Assembly (NCBI RefSeq): GCF_001194135.2
Contig: NC_068990.1
Location: forward strand, 11,943,777 to 11,985,855
Direction of reading: 5' to 3'
Length of the DNA stretch: 42,079 nt
From: Octopus bimaculoides
Lineage: Eukaryota
Below, in pieces: positions 1 through 10,800 of this stretch. The notes beneath the pieces were generated by a model, which was given only the letters and a program-made list of their open reading frames with translations, had not been told where the DNA came from and searched no databases. The position numbers were made by a program, and so were the translations under genes. Each line of letters starts with the position of its first letter. Positions within the stretch are counted from its first letter, which is position 1.

Positions 1-45
<45 letters not shown>

Positions 46-159
46 AATGCCTTGTAATATATTTAAGAAGACTATAGTTCAAATGATGATTCAATGCAGA
101 ATTATGTAGTGATGTGTGTGTGTGTGTGTGTGTGGATGGGGGTAGGGTAGGGGTGTGCT

Positions 160-715
160 TCTGCCTCCAGCTTATTCTTTTCTTCAATGATTTATAGAAC
201 TTGACATCAAACAGTTTCCACAAAAGATGCAAGGCCAAACAGCTATCACAATTTATGTTGTGATTGCAGCTTCACATTCTCTTCCTTTTTTTTTTGTTTG
301 TTTTTACCTGTCTTCTTCTGTACGCACAACATGTCATTCTCATGCAAGCAGTGATTTCATCTTTAGGAGGGTACCTGGTCTCTTATTCTACTTGTCATTC
401 ATCCAACCCCCAGGATGACAATGAACCAAGACTACAAATGGCATTTTCTATCTCTTTGGAAATCCTTCCCTCTTAAATATCACTGCTGGATTGAGCTTAG
501 TCCCATCTGCTACACATACAATTACGACAGTAAAATGTATCCTTTATCTCCTGTGATCCTCACATGAATAGACTTCCTTCCTTTGATACGAAATGCATGG
601 TTTCTTGGGAGATCAAATAACGTAGGAGCTTCACTGATATTACCAACATTCAAAAAATAAACAGGTGAGATAAAATTATCTTCTATGTCACATGGTCACA
701 TGGCATTTCCTAGGA
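160..715 (-). mobile_element. pogo-type transposase fossil, DDE_1 region
   Basis: Minus-strand translation with frameshifts and stops gives NVGNISEAPTLFDLPRNHAFRIKGRKSIHVRITGDK, then HFTVVIVCVADGTKLNPAVIFKREG, then VHCHPGGWMNDK*NKRPGTLLKMKSLL. This matches the pogo/POGK pattern GNxDETPxxFD...TG.EK..FTVVL.C.ADGTKLPP.VIFK...HPKGWM. Confidence 0.85.
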
Positions 716-718
716 GGA

Positions 719-947
<229 letters not shown>

Positions 948-948
<1 letters not shown>

Positions 949-1139
949 TGTTATAGACAGAGCTAATTTTTCACCCCAAAACTACAGGTCTGTCCATTAG
1001 AAACTTTAAATGATGATCTCGGAGCTATCTTGTTCGCCTACAATATCACCTGAAATGGAGTGATGATGTAGATGTAGTTGCTACTACTACGTTCAGCGGT
1101 GAATGTATTTAACAGTTCTTTGAACATCTCTTCATCTAG
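948..1139 (-). mobile_element. pogo-type transposase fossil, CENP-B/Tc5-type HTH region
   Basis: A single frame gives LDEEMFKELL...ITPFQVIL*ANKIAPRSSFKVSNGQTCSFGVKN*LCL*Q, resembling the FKASxGW..RF..R..L.LR motif. It is collinear with the DDE piece. Confidence 0.65.
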
Positions 1140-1159
1140 GACTTGCTTGGTCAGCGTTT

Positions 1160-2234
1160 CATGAAAGAATTAGTACAAAGGTACTGAATGAGAAACTGGG
1201 CATAAGATGAATCAAATGTTGTGTGCCAAGAAAGAAGACTGCAGTAGTATGGAAAACTGTTGTGTAAGGATAAGAACAATTGTATAAAGAAGAACCTGTT
1301 GCTGGATGGAGCTGGATCTTGTGGAAGAGCGAGAACCATGAAGGAATGGGATGAAACAGTCAAGGTTGACCTCTAGACCCTGGACCTGACAGAGATGACA
1401 AAGGACCAGGATCTCTGGTGATATGAGGTTTCGAAAAGAGACCCACCCTCATCAGTGAAATTGAGTTCTAAAATTTTTATGTGTTGTGCTCTCCACCCAG
1501 GTTACAATGACTCGTCCCCCACCCCGATGCATTAGGTGTGCCTCTTCTCCCCACCTGGCTCCTATAGGGCACCCAACTGCATAGTCTCTCTCTCTATTAT
1601 TCTTCCCCTGACAACCGATCCTCTTTACTATTCCTTTTCTATACCTCTACCACCCTTCTCTGCATTCCTCCATATCCCCCAATTCATGGCTCTTTGTTCA
1701 ATCACTCCTCAACCCTATCCATTTAGGCAGTCTCCTTCCCATGTCCCTTACAATCTTGCAAACCAATTCTTCAAATCACCTTGTGGGACCACCTAAGCAC
1801 CTCATCACCATTAGCTATCTCTTGCAGCTCCTATTCATCATCATCTCTTCTTCTCCTTTCTCCAACTACCTGTTAGTAGCCACGCAGATCCTCTGCAAGA
1901 ACCTGTTTTGTCACTTCGACTCCTTCTCATGGTTTAATCTCCTCATCCTCAAGAATGAAGCTGACACTCCCCTCCCAGGTTTTGTAGTTCTGTGGGATGT
2001 ATGTCAACATCAATAGTGCACCCAGTTCAGGTCGTAAAACACTGGTTGGCAACCTGCCATAGAAACCATGCCAAAGCAAACATTGGAACACAATGCAGTC
2101 CTTAGACACATCAGATCCTGTCAAAAGTCCAATCCATGCCAGCATGGAACACAAATGTTAAGTTATGATGATAATGATGAGGAGGAGGGTGGTGGTGGTG
2201 GTGGTGGTGAAGGTGGTGGTGGTGGTGAAGGTGG

Positions 2235-2277
<43 letters not shown>

Positions 2278-2278
2278 A

Positions 2279-2309
<31 letters not shown>

Positions 2310-2310
2310 G
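1160..2310 (+). mobile_element. 5'-truncated RTE-clade LINE (ORF C-terminus, probable 3' UTR, (GAT)n tail)
   Basis: 1180-1420 translates in pieces to VLNEKLGIR..KCCV.ERRLQ*YG...GSCGRARTMKEWDETVKVDL*TLDLTE, homologous to the RTE ORF at 17190-17765. It ends in catgccagcatggaacacaaatgttaag followed by (GAT)n, the tail shared with other copies here. Confidence 0.7.
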
Positions 2311-2311
2311 G

Positions 2312-2404
2312 NNNNNNNNNNNNNNNNNNNNNNNNNNNNNNNNNNNNNNNNNNNNNNNNNNNNNNNNNNNNNNNNNNNNNNNNNNNNNNNNNNNNNNNNN
2401 NNNN
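2312..2404. other. assembly gap
   Basis: Run of N. Confidence 1.
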
Positions 2405-2466
<62 letters not shown>

Positions 2467-2669
2467 CTCTCTCTCTCCACACATGCATATATACATGTGT
2501 GTGGGTTTATATGTTTGTGGTCTATATGTGTGTGGTCTATGTGGTGCATGTGTGCGTGTACATGTGTGTATTTTGTATATACTAACCTTGTCTGTTCGTG
2601 GCGGGGTGCATGCATTTTTGTTTTATTTTCCTTCTATTTTTTTTTTTTCAATCAATATGGGATATGAGA

Positions 2670-2700
2670 CAGAAATTGTTTAGAAACACTGCTCTAGACT
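2670..2700. mobile_element. single hAT(Charlie)-like terminus
   Basis: gtttagaaacactg followed by ctctagac: a CAGTGTTTCT-type TIR next to an NTCTAGAN-type target site. The partner end was not found. Confidence 0.4.
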
Positions 2701-2709
2701 AATTTTCCT

Positions 2710-2881
2710 TTAACTCTGAGTAAGAATTAGTTTTGCTTTCTCGAAGACTCTCACAACTTTCTCTGATAAAGAAAACTCCTTCTCAGCATTTCTGTTGCCA
2801 TTAACTTCTGCAGATTCCACAACTTTATGTTTGAAGGCAGCAACATCATAAACTTTTTCTCATTATACTAGAAGTTGTCAT
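2710..2881 (-). mobile_element. pogo-type transposase fossil, N-terminal Brinker-type DNA-binding domain
   Basis: ATG at 2881 gives MTTSSIMRKVYDVAAFKHKVVESAEVNGNRNAEKEFSLSEKVVRVFEKAKLILTQS*, matching the BrkDBD pattern RRSYDAxFKLxVVEYAExxxNxxAAxxFxxxEKxVRxW of POGK-like transposases. Confidence 0.8.
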
Positions 2882-3677
2882 TAAAACAACGCCTGACATG
2901 AAATAAAATTTTACTCTTTCATAAGTAATTTTTTAACAAGTTTATTGTATGATAAACAAACCTTAACAAAATCTTATTTTCTTTTCCTTTCTTTGTTACT
3001 TTCATAACCATCATTCTCTTTGTATTTTCTTAATTTTCACCATTTGCACCATTTGCTTTTTGTCTTTTTAATATTTTACTGTAAACTCTGTCACCATTCT
3101 GTCAACCAATCATCTTTGTTTACTGCCTCATCAGCTTGTTCTCTCCAGTACACATCATTGTATGTTTAAAGATCAAGTTTTTCCTTTTTAATGTTTTCAC
3201 TATTCTCGCCACCATTTCTGTCAATTATCTTTATTTAACTCATCAATTAAACTTTATTGTATTCATATAATCACTGAACTCTTTAACAAATTTACAAATG
3301 GCAAGTGCAAAAGATCAGGCATAGAATAATTTTTTCCACATAGTTTCCATACTTTCATAAGAATGATAATTTATTCAAAATGACAGCACACATACCAAAT
3401 TTACGCTCATGAGATTTTGCATACATATATTAACAGATGGTTGAGATGACAATAAAATATCTTGTACAAGATTTGTTAGCTTTGTGCATAAGGTACAAAT
3501 CTGATTTTTATGGCTGAAATTGTACACAGAAAGGGAAAATGAAATTTGCGTATGACGAAATACAGCATGTAATGTTTGTGTGTATGTGTGATTGTGTGTG
3601 TGTGTGTGTATTGTCGTTAGTACATATATCCCAAAAAGCAGCACACTCTAAAACATTAGAACAGTAATATATTTTAC

Positions 3678-3678
<1 letters not shown>

Positions 3679-3751
<73 letters not shown>
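3679..3751. repeat. (TA)n(TG)n compound microsatellite
   Basis: Direct reading. Confidence 0.95.
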
Positions 3752-3753
<2 letters not shown>

Positions 3754-3918
3754 AGGCATAATGGCCCAGTGGTTAGGGCAGTGGACTCACAGTCGTAGGA
3801 TCGCAGTTTCAATTCCCACACCGTGCATTGTAAGTGTTTATTGAGCAAAAACGCCTAAAGTTCCACGAAGCTCTGGCAGGGGATGGTAGCAAACCCTGCT
3901 GTACTCTTTCAACACAAT
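3752..3918 (+). mobile_element. tRNA-headed SINE family S1, 3'-truncated
   Basis: ggaggcataatggcccagtggttagggcag...gtttcaattccc has Pol III A/B boxes and is homologous to the copies at 7280 and 30536. Confidence 0.85.
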
Positions 3919-4890
3919 TTTGCCGTTTTATCAGTAGCTTATTTATGCTGGCAGCGAAGAATTCTGGAGAGCAAGAGATGATGAAATCATGAAAAGTTGT
4001 TCTTACATCTACTTCAGATTTAAAGTTTTTCCCTTGCAAAAAAGTTGTTTAATGCCTGGAAAGTGTGAAAGTGTAATGTCAGGTGAATTTGGTGGATGAC
4101 AGAGTACTTCCAAGTTCAGTTCTTGTAACTTGAGTAGCGTTCTTTTGTGCAGCATGTGGTCGAGCATTGTCTTGCAAGAGAATTGGCCTATCGTTTGACC
4201 AATCTCAGTCGTTTAATTGCAAGTTTAATCATCATTTCATCCAATTGGTTAATGTATACATCCGCTGTAATTGACCTGCCAAGTCTTATGAAGTTGTAAT
4301 GGATGACACCAGCGCTGGACCACAAAACAGACACCATTAGCTTGTTTTTGGTGAATATTCTTTTTGGGATTGTGTTTTAGCACTTTGTCTCTATCGAACC
4401 ACTATGCAGAGCGCTTGGTGAATCCATTTTTCATCACCATTTCATCAAAAAGATTCCATTTTTTATCCTCCGTAACAATACGATGCAAAATGGTTTGCGT
4501 TTATGCCATGACAGCAAAGAACAGCAAATTTCAAGATGACATGTCATTTGATGCTTATTCAGTTCATGTGGTATCCACTTACTCACCTTCTTTACCTTGC
4601 CAATTTGTTTCAGATGGTCCAATACAGTTGGAGTTGAAACATCAAACCTTGCTACTAACTCACATGTAGTTTGAGATGTATCTGCTTCCACTACAGTTTC
4701 CAGCTATTCATTATCCACCTTGGTCTCAGGTCTACCATAGGGCTGATTTACAAAAGAAAACTCACAATATAATCAGACACCATGAATTGCATTTTTTTGT
4801 ATGATAACAATTTTTATAACTTGGAAATTAAATTTTGAGAATGATCGAAATTCATAGCAAAATCCAACGATTATTTTTGGCAATTATTTA
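3912..4890 (-). mobile_element. mariner transposon fossil (family M1)
   Basis: GRPETKVDNE*LETVVEADTSQTTCELVARFDVSTPTVLDHLKQIGKVKKVSKWIPHEL, RIVTEDKKW, QDNARPHAAQ, HPPNSPD and QGKNFKSEVDVRTTFHDFIISCSPEFFAASINKL..RQNCV. Candidate left TIR near 4855-4890. The N-terminal HTH is internally deleted. Confidence 0.95.
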
Positions 4891-4913
4891 ATGTGATTTT
4901 TTGCAACAAATAT

Positions 4914-5012
4914 GGTCATCATTAGGATATGACTCTGGAGGAATCAATTGCAATAAATTCTCCAAAACAAGTCAGAGATCTGTTTGCAGATCTTCCCATT
5001 CTGGGTCAGTAG
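4914..5012 (+). mobile_element. Helitron RepHel fragment
   Basis: GHH*DMTLEESIAINSPKQVRDLFADLPILGQ* matches the Helitron motif DxHWDxTLEEAxxxxSPxQLRxLFAxIL, with TGG changed to TAG at the Trp. Confidence 0.7.
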
Positions 5013-5067
5013 CTTAAAGGCTATACAGTAGCTCAAAAGCTTCCCGATAGGGCGGCATTTAAGCTAG

Positions 5068-5119
5068 TATATATCTATATCTATATCTATATATATCTAT
5101 CTATCTATCTATCTATCTA

Positions 5120-5212
<93 letters not shown>

Positions 5213-5835
5213 ATGTGTATAATATGCATAATGTAATACAAAAGTAGAATAGCACTATCTGTAATATTTCCCTCAGTGAAAGATCTCTAAAAAGACTTTG
5301 TGTGTGTTAAATCTTCAGCACTTGCTCAGGATGATGTCAACAGATCATCAGATACCAGTGTTTTGGCCTGATGTACCCTCCACCCACTCCCATGATAAAT
5401 ACACACAGGAATTCTCGGCAAGGTCAAAACTTCCATTCTAATATAGAAATAAAAGAACAAAACCATACAATGATTTGTACCGGAATTAGCTTAAATTCGA
5501 GCAATATACACAAAATGTGTGTGTGTATGTATAGATCTTGTAATTTAGGTGACTGATAATGTGATATAAATATATATTTATATATATTTATGTATGCATA
5601 TATAATTACACACATGCGCATACATATATGTATGTGTGTATAAGTATATATGTGTGTATAGATGTATATATATACATATATATCTGTGTGTGTGTATTGA
5701 TATGTGTATATATATGTACATATGTATATGAATATATATATGTGTACAAATATGTGTGTATATACATATATATATGCACACATACATACATACATACATA
5801 TATTTATTTATATATATATATATATATATCTATAC

Positions 5836-5893
<58 letters not shown>

Positions 5894-6125
5894 CTGTATA
5901 TACCTCTGTGTAAATTTATGCAAAGTTTGTGTGTATGTTTGTTATAGGAAACATTGCAAAGAGGTCTATAATGCACACAGCTGCACAGATGCATGAAAGG
6001 AAGTAACTAAGATGAAGGAGCAAGAGTAAAGAAAGAAAGAAAAGTCTGTGACAGTGATAAATTGTGCAAGTGATAGCAAAAGATGATGCTGGTTTTATGC
6101 ATACGTACATGAAACCTATAATCAT

Positions 6126-6167
<42 letters not shown>

Positions 6168-6235
6168 TCACAAATATAAATGTGTATGCAGCTGCGCATA
6201 AATGAGGGAAAATAATTACTTTATATGTTTGTGTC

Positions 6236-6310
<75 letters not shown>

Positions 6311-6375
6311 GATAATATAAATAATATATAAATATATGCGTATATCTATACGTATATATATATATATATATATAT
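5068..6375. repeat. cluster of (TA)n, (TATC)n, (CT)n, (TG)n, (CA)n microsatellites
   Basis: Direct reading; explains the Y/I/V/C/H/T-rich ORFs. Confidence 0.95.
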
Positions 6376-6535
6376 TGTTGTTTGGGGGATCTTACATACC
6401 TGTCCTTTTCTTTATCTAACTAATAAATAAGCTGTTGGGATGAGTTGGGTTGGAACGAAGTAGTGTTAATGCTACAATACTCATAATATACAAATACCCT
6501 TACCTCTCATAATTCTTAGGAGAGAGAGGAAGTAT

Positions 6536-6684
6536 ATCATCATCATCATCATCGTTTAACGTCCGCTTTCCATGCTAGCATGGGTTGGACGATTTGACTG
6601 AGGACTGGTGAAACCGGATGGCAACACCAGGCTCCAATCTAATTTGGCAGAGTTTCTACAGCTGGATGCCCTTCCTAACGCCAA
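6536..6684 (-). mobile_element. young short retroposon / RTE-type 3' tail copy
   Basis: Ends in agcatggaaagcggacgttaaacgatgatgat. It differs at only 2 positions from the copy at 36480-36618. Confidence 0.85.
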
Positions 6685-7279
6685 ACCTTACATATCTGGG
6701 GTGGAAATATTAGAGTGTCATAGGGCACATCAATGAGTAGGAGAAAAAAAAGGATGAAAAAATTGACTGAAGGAGCAAAAAAAAAAAAATAGGATAAAAA
6801 GACAGTGTGGGAGAATAAAGAAGACATGAAACAAGTTTTAGTTTGCTTTCACTTCCTTACAATATATTCAATTTTATCATTACCCTCTACATTATGATAT
6901 TTCTGTAAATATATTTTGTTCTCATTTGTAATTACATTTTCCTCTTTAGAAAATTGAAACAATAGTATTTGATATATTCAGAAAGTACCAATACTTTCAT
7001 TATTGAATATACATTACTTTCCTTATTTCCACACAAACAATAGAGCCTTATGTCCATTAGTATTGTTTACATTCACAAGAACTACTGACTTTTCGTGTCC
7101 TCATCTTTTGCCTTTCTTTGATTCAGTATCTGAAGTATCAAAGTTATTGTTTCATTATTTACTGACAATTCTATAAGATTTGATTACAAAAAGTATTAAA
7201 TGGAATCCCACATAATAATGTGGCATCAAACATTGTTAAAGATCCTACTTTTTAAATAACTACCACTAAACTACATGAG

Positions 7280-7603
7280 GTGGAGGCACAATGGCCCAGT
7301 GGTTAGGGCAGCGGACTCGCAGTCGAAGGATCTCGGTTTCAATTCCCAGACCAGGCGTTGTGTGTGTTTATTGAGCAAAAACGCCTAAAAAAGCTCCACG
7401 AGGCTCTGGCAGGGGGTGGTGGCGACCCTGTGGTGCACTTTCACTTCAACTTTCTCTCACTCTTTCTTCCTGTTTCTTGAATACTGCTGCGATGGACTGG
7501 CGTCCTGTCCAGTTGGATGGGGAGAACAGATACACCATAGAAACCGGGAAACCGGGCCCATGAGCCTGGCTAGGCTTTAAAAGGGCAGAGAAAGAGAGAA
7601 GAG
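7280..7603 (+). mobile_element. SINE family S1 with tail A, with target-site duplication
   Basis: tRNA head with A/B boxes; flanked by aaactacatgag (7268-7279) and aaactacacgag (7604-7615). Confidence 0.9.
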
Positions 7604-7675
7604 AAACTACACGAGACCAACAACTGACTTTTTTTATACGACCTTATACGACCTTATGAGAAGGATGTCATCTAG

Positions 7676-8070
7676 ACGCAGGAGTGGCTGTGTGGTAAGT
7701 AGGTTGCTTACCAACCACATAGTTCCAGGTTCAGTTCCACTGCGTAGCACCTTGGGCAAATGTCTTCTACTATAGCCTTGGGCCAACCAAAGCCTTGTGA
7801 GCAGATTTGGTAGATGGAAACTGAAAGAAGCCTGTCATATATATATGTGTGTTTGTGTTTATGTGTCTGTGTTTGTCCCCACCACCATCACTTGACAACC
7901 GATGTTGGCATGTCTATGTCCCCATAAATGAGCAGTTTGGCAAAAGAGACTGATAGAATAAGTACTAGGCTTACAAAGAATAAGTCCTGGGGTCCATTTC
8001 TTCAAGTAAAGGCAGTGCTCCAGCATGGCCACAATCAAATGACTGAAACAAATAAAAGAATAAAAGAATA
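7676..8070 (+). mobile_element. SINE family S2 (CORE-like), full length
   Basis: Head gcaggagtggctgtgtggtaag...gttcagttccactgcgtagcaccttgggcaa, internal (TA)(TG) tract, tail ctccagcatggcc..aatgactgaaacaaataaaagaataaaagaa. More than 15 related copies occur in the window. Confidence 0.9.
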
Positions 8071-8581
8071 TATGTAATAGCAAAATGTTGCCTGACCAAT
8101 GAAATTTAGCAGTGATATATGTATGTGTCAGTTATGAGTTTTATTTTATAAATTATTTCCAACTTCAAAATGTCAAACGATGATTCAAAGATTTGAACGA
8201 GTCATTAAATTCACGAGCAATATCATAAATAATAAAGGTAAAATATTAAATCACCAGCAACATTTCCGATAATGAAACCACAAAACAGATATAAATTCGG
8301 GATTGCAAAATGTCAGTATTACCTAGAAACCAATATCTCATTATAATTTATTCACTGTTTGTTTTATCATACTTAGTAAAAATTAATTTTCAATAGGCTT
8401 TAGAATTTGCTGCACAATTTACAATGGAATTTTCAAATTTTCAATCAAAATAGACAAAGCAGACAGAATTAATTTAAAACTAAATATATTCAACTATAAA
8501 AATTGATTTACATTAATGCACACACACAAACACGTAGACATATATATACAGTCTGTCATCGTCTTTTTTTTACTCTTGATC

Positions 8582-8708
8582 CTTTCTGTCGGAGAGTGTA
8601 GGCTCAAAACATCAAAGACTTATCCATTCTTCTTGAGTATTAAACTAATACACCTGCTTGTTGTTTCTACACCTCTCTTTATCTTTTGTATTCTGTAAAT
8701 TTGAACTA
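8582..8708 (+). mobile_element. degenerate Penelope-type terminal fragment with a hammerhead-like motif
   Basis: cttt-CTGTCGG-a-gagt-gtag-gctc-AAAA-c-atc-aaag keeps the stem I/stem II spacing of a minimal type I hammerhead, with four core deviations (two CpG-type). The fragment ends in (TA)n. Confidence 0.4.
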
Positions 8709-8739
8709 TATACATACATACACATGTGTATATATATAC

Positions 8740-8809
<70 letters not shown>

Positions 8810-8964
8810 ATATACACACTGATGCTGCCAACACCAACAATGATGACGACATTCACAGCAATTAGGATGTAGATGTGACAGATGTCTGTGAATACAACTA
8901 TGAAGCTGAAACCTGTATATCGTAGTATTTATGCCAGAATATAGAATATACAGAAATAAAATAT

Positions 8965-9175
8965 TGGTTTCAAATTTTGGCACAAGGCCAGCAATTTTGG
9001 GGGAGGAAGTAAGTCAGTTACATCAACCCTAGTGAAAAACATGTAGTTATTTTATCAACTCCAAAAGAAAGAATGTCAAAGTCGACCCCAGCAGAATTTG
9101 GATTCAGAATATAAAGAAGGATGAAATGCCACTAGGCATATTGCTTAGCATGCTAGCAACTCACCCAGCTCTCTG
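8965..9175 (-). mobile_element. SINE family S3 (Meta-like central domain)
   Basis: Reverse complement contains gtcgactttgacattctttc (cf. gtcgactttgcctttcatcc) and the tail ggccttgtgcc. Other copies lie at about 16090-16300, 17838-18050, 18570-18720, 22305-22980 and 39592-39828. Confidence 0.8.
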
Positions 9176-9329
9176 CATTGAATATGAAAATAGATATTAA
9201 CAGTCCACATTTCCTGGCATACAAGTCAGCATATTACATAATGTAAACATTCAAATGTCAACACTACCTTTCCAAATCCTGCTGTATTTCACGTGCTCCA
9301 AAGTCATCTTGGTGTATGAATTAACTTAC

Positions 9330-9353
9330 CTTTATTTGGCTGTATATTTTTAT
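9330..9353 (-). CDS. candidate 24-nt micro-exon
   Basis: ttaaattttccag|ATAAAAATATACAGCCAAATAAAG|gtaagt in non-repeat DNA; frame-preserving (DKNIQPNK or IKIYSQIK). Confidence 0.35.
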
Positions 9354-9918
9354 CTGGAAAATTTAACTAGTATGCTGGAAAAATACAGTATTAGCTTTTA
9401 CTGAAAGATATTGATTCCTAACAATATTTGAAGAAGGAACAACCAAACGTTATTCCTTCTTAAAGTATAAGTTTGAAAACTGAGCCAATGGAGAGAAGTC
9501 ACAACTAGATGAAATCTCCAATGTTGAATGCACAAGTCACTGATATCCAAACAGCTAAAATTTGTCAGTAGAAAAACACTTAGAAGTAGTGACCAGGATG
9601 CAGCCCAGCCTCTATAGAGTGTAGGGAGTTAAGACCTGAACCATCTGCCTGAGCGGGGTTTCTTCTTTGGAGCCTTTCTGCAATTCAACTCTCTCTTGAG
9701 AGTCTCTGACCACTACAACGTCACTGATTTTTGATGTGGTCGATTATTTTGACCTTGCTCTTGCAATGTCGTTTTATGTCATTGACTTCAGGAGGATGAA
9801 AGAGATGTTGACTTCTGCAAAACTTGAACTCGAAATGTCAAGTGATTTAGCAAAGTTAATTTCTTCCTTCTCTGTTTTTCTTTTCATAACCAATTTTGTC
9901 CCAAACAAGGCTTGAGAC

Positions 9919-10112
9919 AATACAGTTTTATATTTAAGAGATGAGGAATTATGTACATTATTTACATTATTTACATTTGACAGATATTTTTCCTCATCTT
10001 GTTTGTTGTTAACACAACGTTTTGGCTGATATACCATCCAGCCTTCATCAGGTGTCTTCTTGCAGAACCTGGGTTCTCAAAGGTATTTTTTGGTGTTATT
10101 ATTATTATAACC
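9919..10112 (-). mobile_element. headless inverted copy of the hammerhead-bearing element (family H)
   Basis: About 90% identical (10 substitutions and one 3-nt gap over about 100 nt, counted by hand) to 10303-10402 in reverse orientation. It extends 37 nt further at the 3' end. Confidence 0.9.
10011..10057 (-). ncRNA. minimal type I hammerhead ribozyme motif (G12A)
   Basis: gacac-CTGATGA-a-GGCTG-gatggtatat-CAGCC-AAAA-C-GTT-gtgtt: stem I gacac/gtgtt, 5-bp stem II, palindromic AACGTT stem III. One core change, GAAA to AAAA, at a CpG. Confidence 0.75.
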
Positions 10113-10130
10113 ACTACTCCACATGCTCAT

Positions 10131-10402
10131 GGGCATATGGTGTAGTACTTAAGAGTGCGGGCTACTAACCCCAAGATTCAGAGTTTGATTTCAGGCAGTG
10201 ACCTGAATAATAATAATGATGATAATAACAATAATAATAATAATAATAACAACAACACTGAAAAATACCTTAGGAATGAGAACCCAGGATCGAAATTTCC
10301 CCAAGACACTTGATGAAAGCTGGAGGGTATATCAGCCGAAACGTGTTAACAACAAACAAGATGAGGACGAATATCCTTCGAATGTAAGTAATGTAAATAA
10401 TG
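10131..10402 (+). mobile_element. tRNA-headed element, family H: tRNA head + (AAT)n + hammerhead-bearing body
   Basis: Head gggcatatggtgtagtacttaag..gggctactaaccc..gagtttgatttcagg has decayed A/B boxes and an anticodon-like loop. It is followed by an (AAT)n tract and then gacac-TTGATGA-a-agctg-gagggtatat-cagcc-GAAA-cgtgtt. Confidence 0.8.
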
Positions 10403-10659
10403 AAGGCTTGAGACTATTTTAGCTTAGGGGACTAGAGAGAAAGAACAAAAAGGGACCTACATATTCAAGATCCCTTCAAACATGTAAGGCAGGATGTTGC
10501 CAAAGTGTTGCTCCAGAATGGCAATTCTGCCACCAAAGCTGTCACTTCACATGCAGACACAATAGGTGGTCTGCATGTGCTGAGCTAAGGCATGCACCTT
10601 GAGAGCTGTCCTACTTGTTTACCCCTGAGTGGTTTCATGTGCTAGTGAAGGCTGTGATG

Positions 10660-10800
10660 GTGAAGGTCTAGTGGTTAGGGCGTTGCACTCACAATCGCAA
10701 GATCATGGTTTCAATTCCCAGACTAGTTGTGCATTGTGTTCTTGGGCAAAACACTTTATTTCACATTGCTCCAGTCCACTCATCCGGCAAAAACGAGTAA
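10660..10800 (+). mobile_element. SINE family S4, 5' part
   Basis: Head tgaaggtctagtggttagggcg..ggtttcaattccc and CORE-like tgtgttcttgggcaaaacactttatttcacattgctccagt. Confidence 0.8.

Noticed and set aside
1371-1378. ctctagac identical to the site beside the hAT-like end at 2693-2700
   Set aside because: It lies inside the RTE coding remnant with no adjacent TIR; treated as coincidence.
8656-8694. 39-nt minus-strand exon-like segment ([13 protein letters not shown])
   Set aside because: Falls within the Penelope-type repeat tail and has a weak donor.
10131-10203. Functional tRNA gene
   Set aside because: Decayed boxes, imperfect stems and an attached repeat body; this and the other tRNA-like heads are SINE parts.
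9560-10640. Protein-like minus-strand frames flanking the family-H insertion (e.g. KISDVVVVRDSQERVELQK)
   Set aside because: Several stops and no family motif recognised; possibly an old TE, left unassigned.
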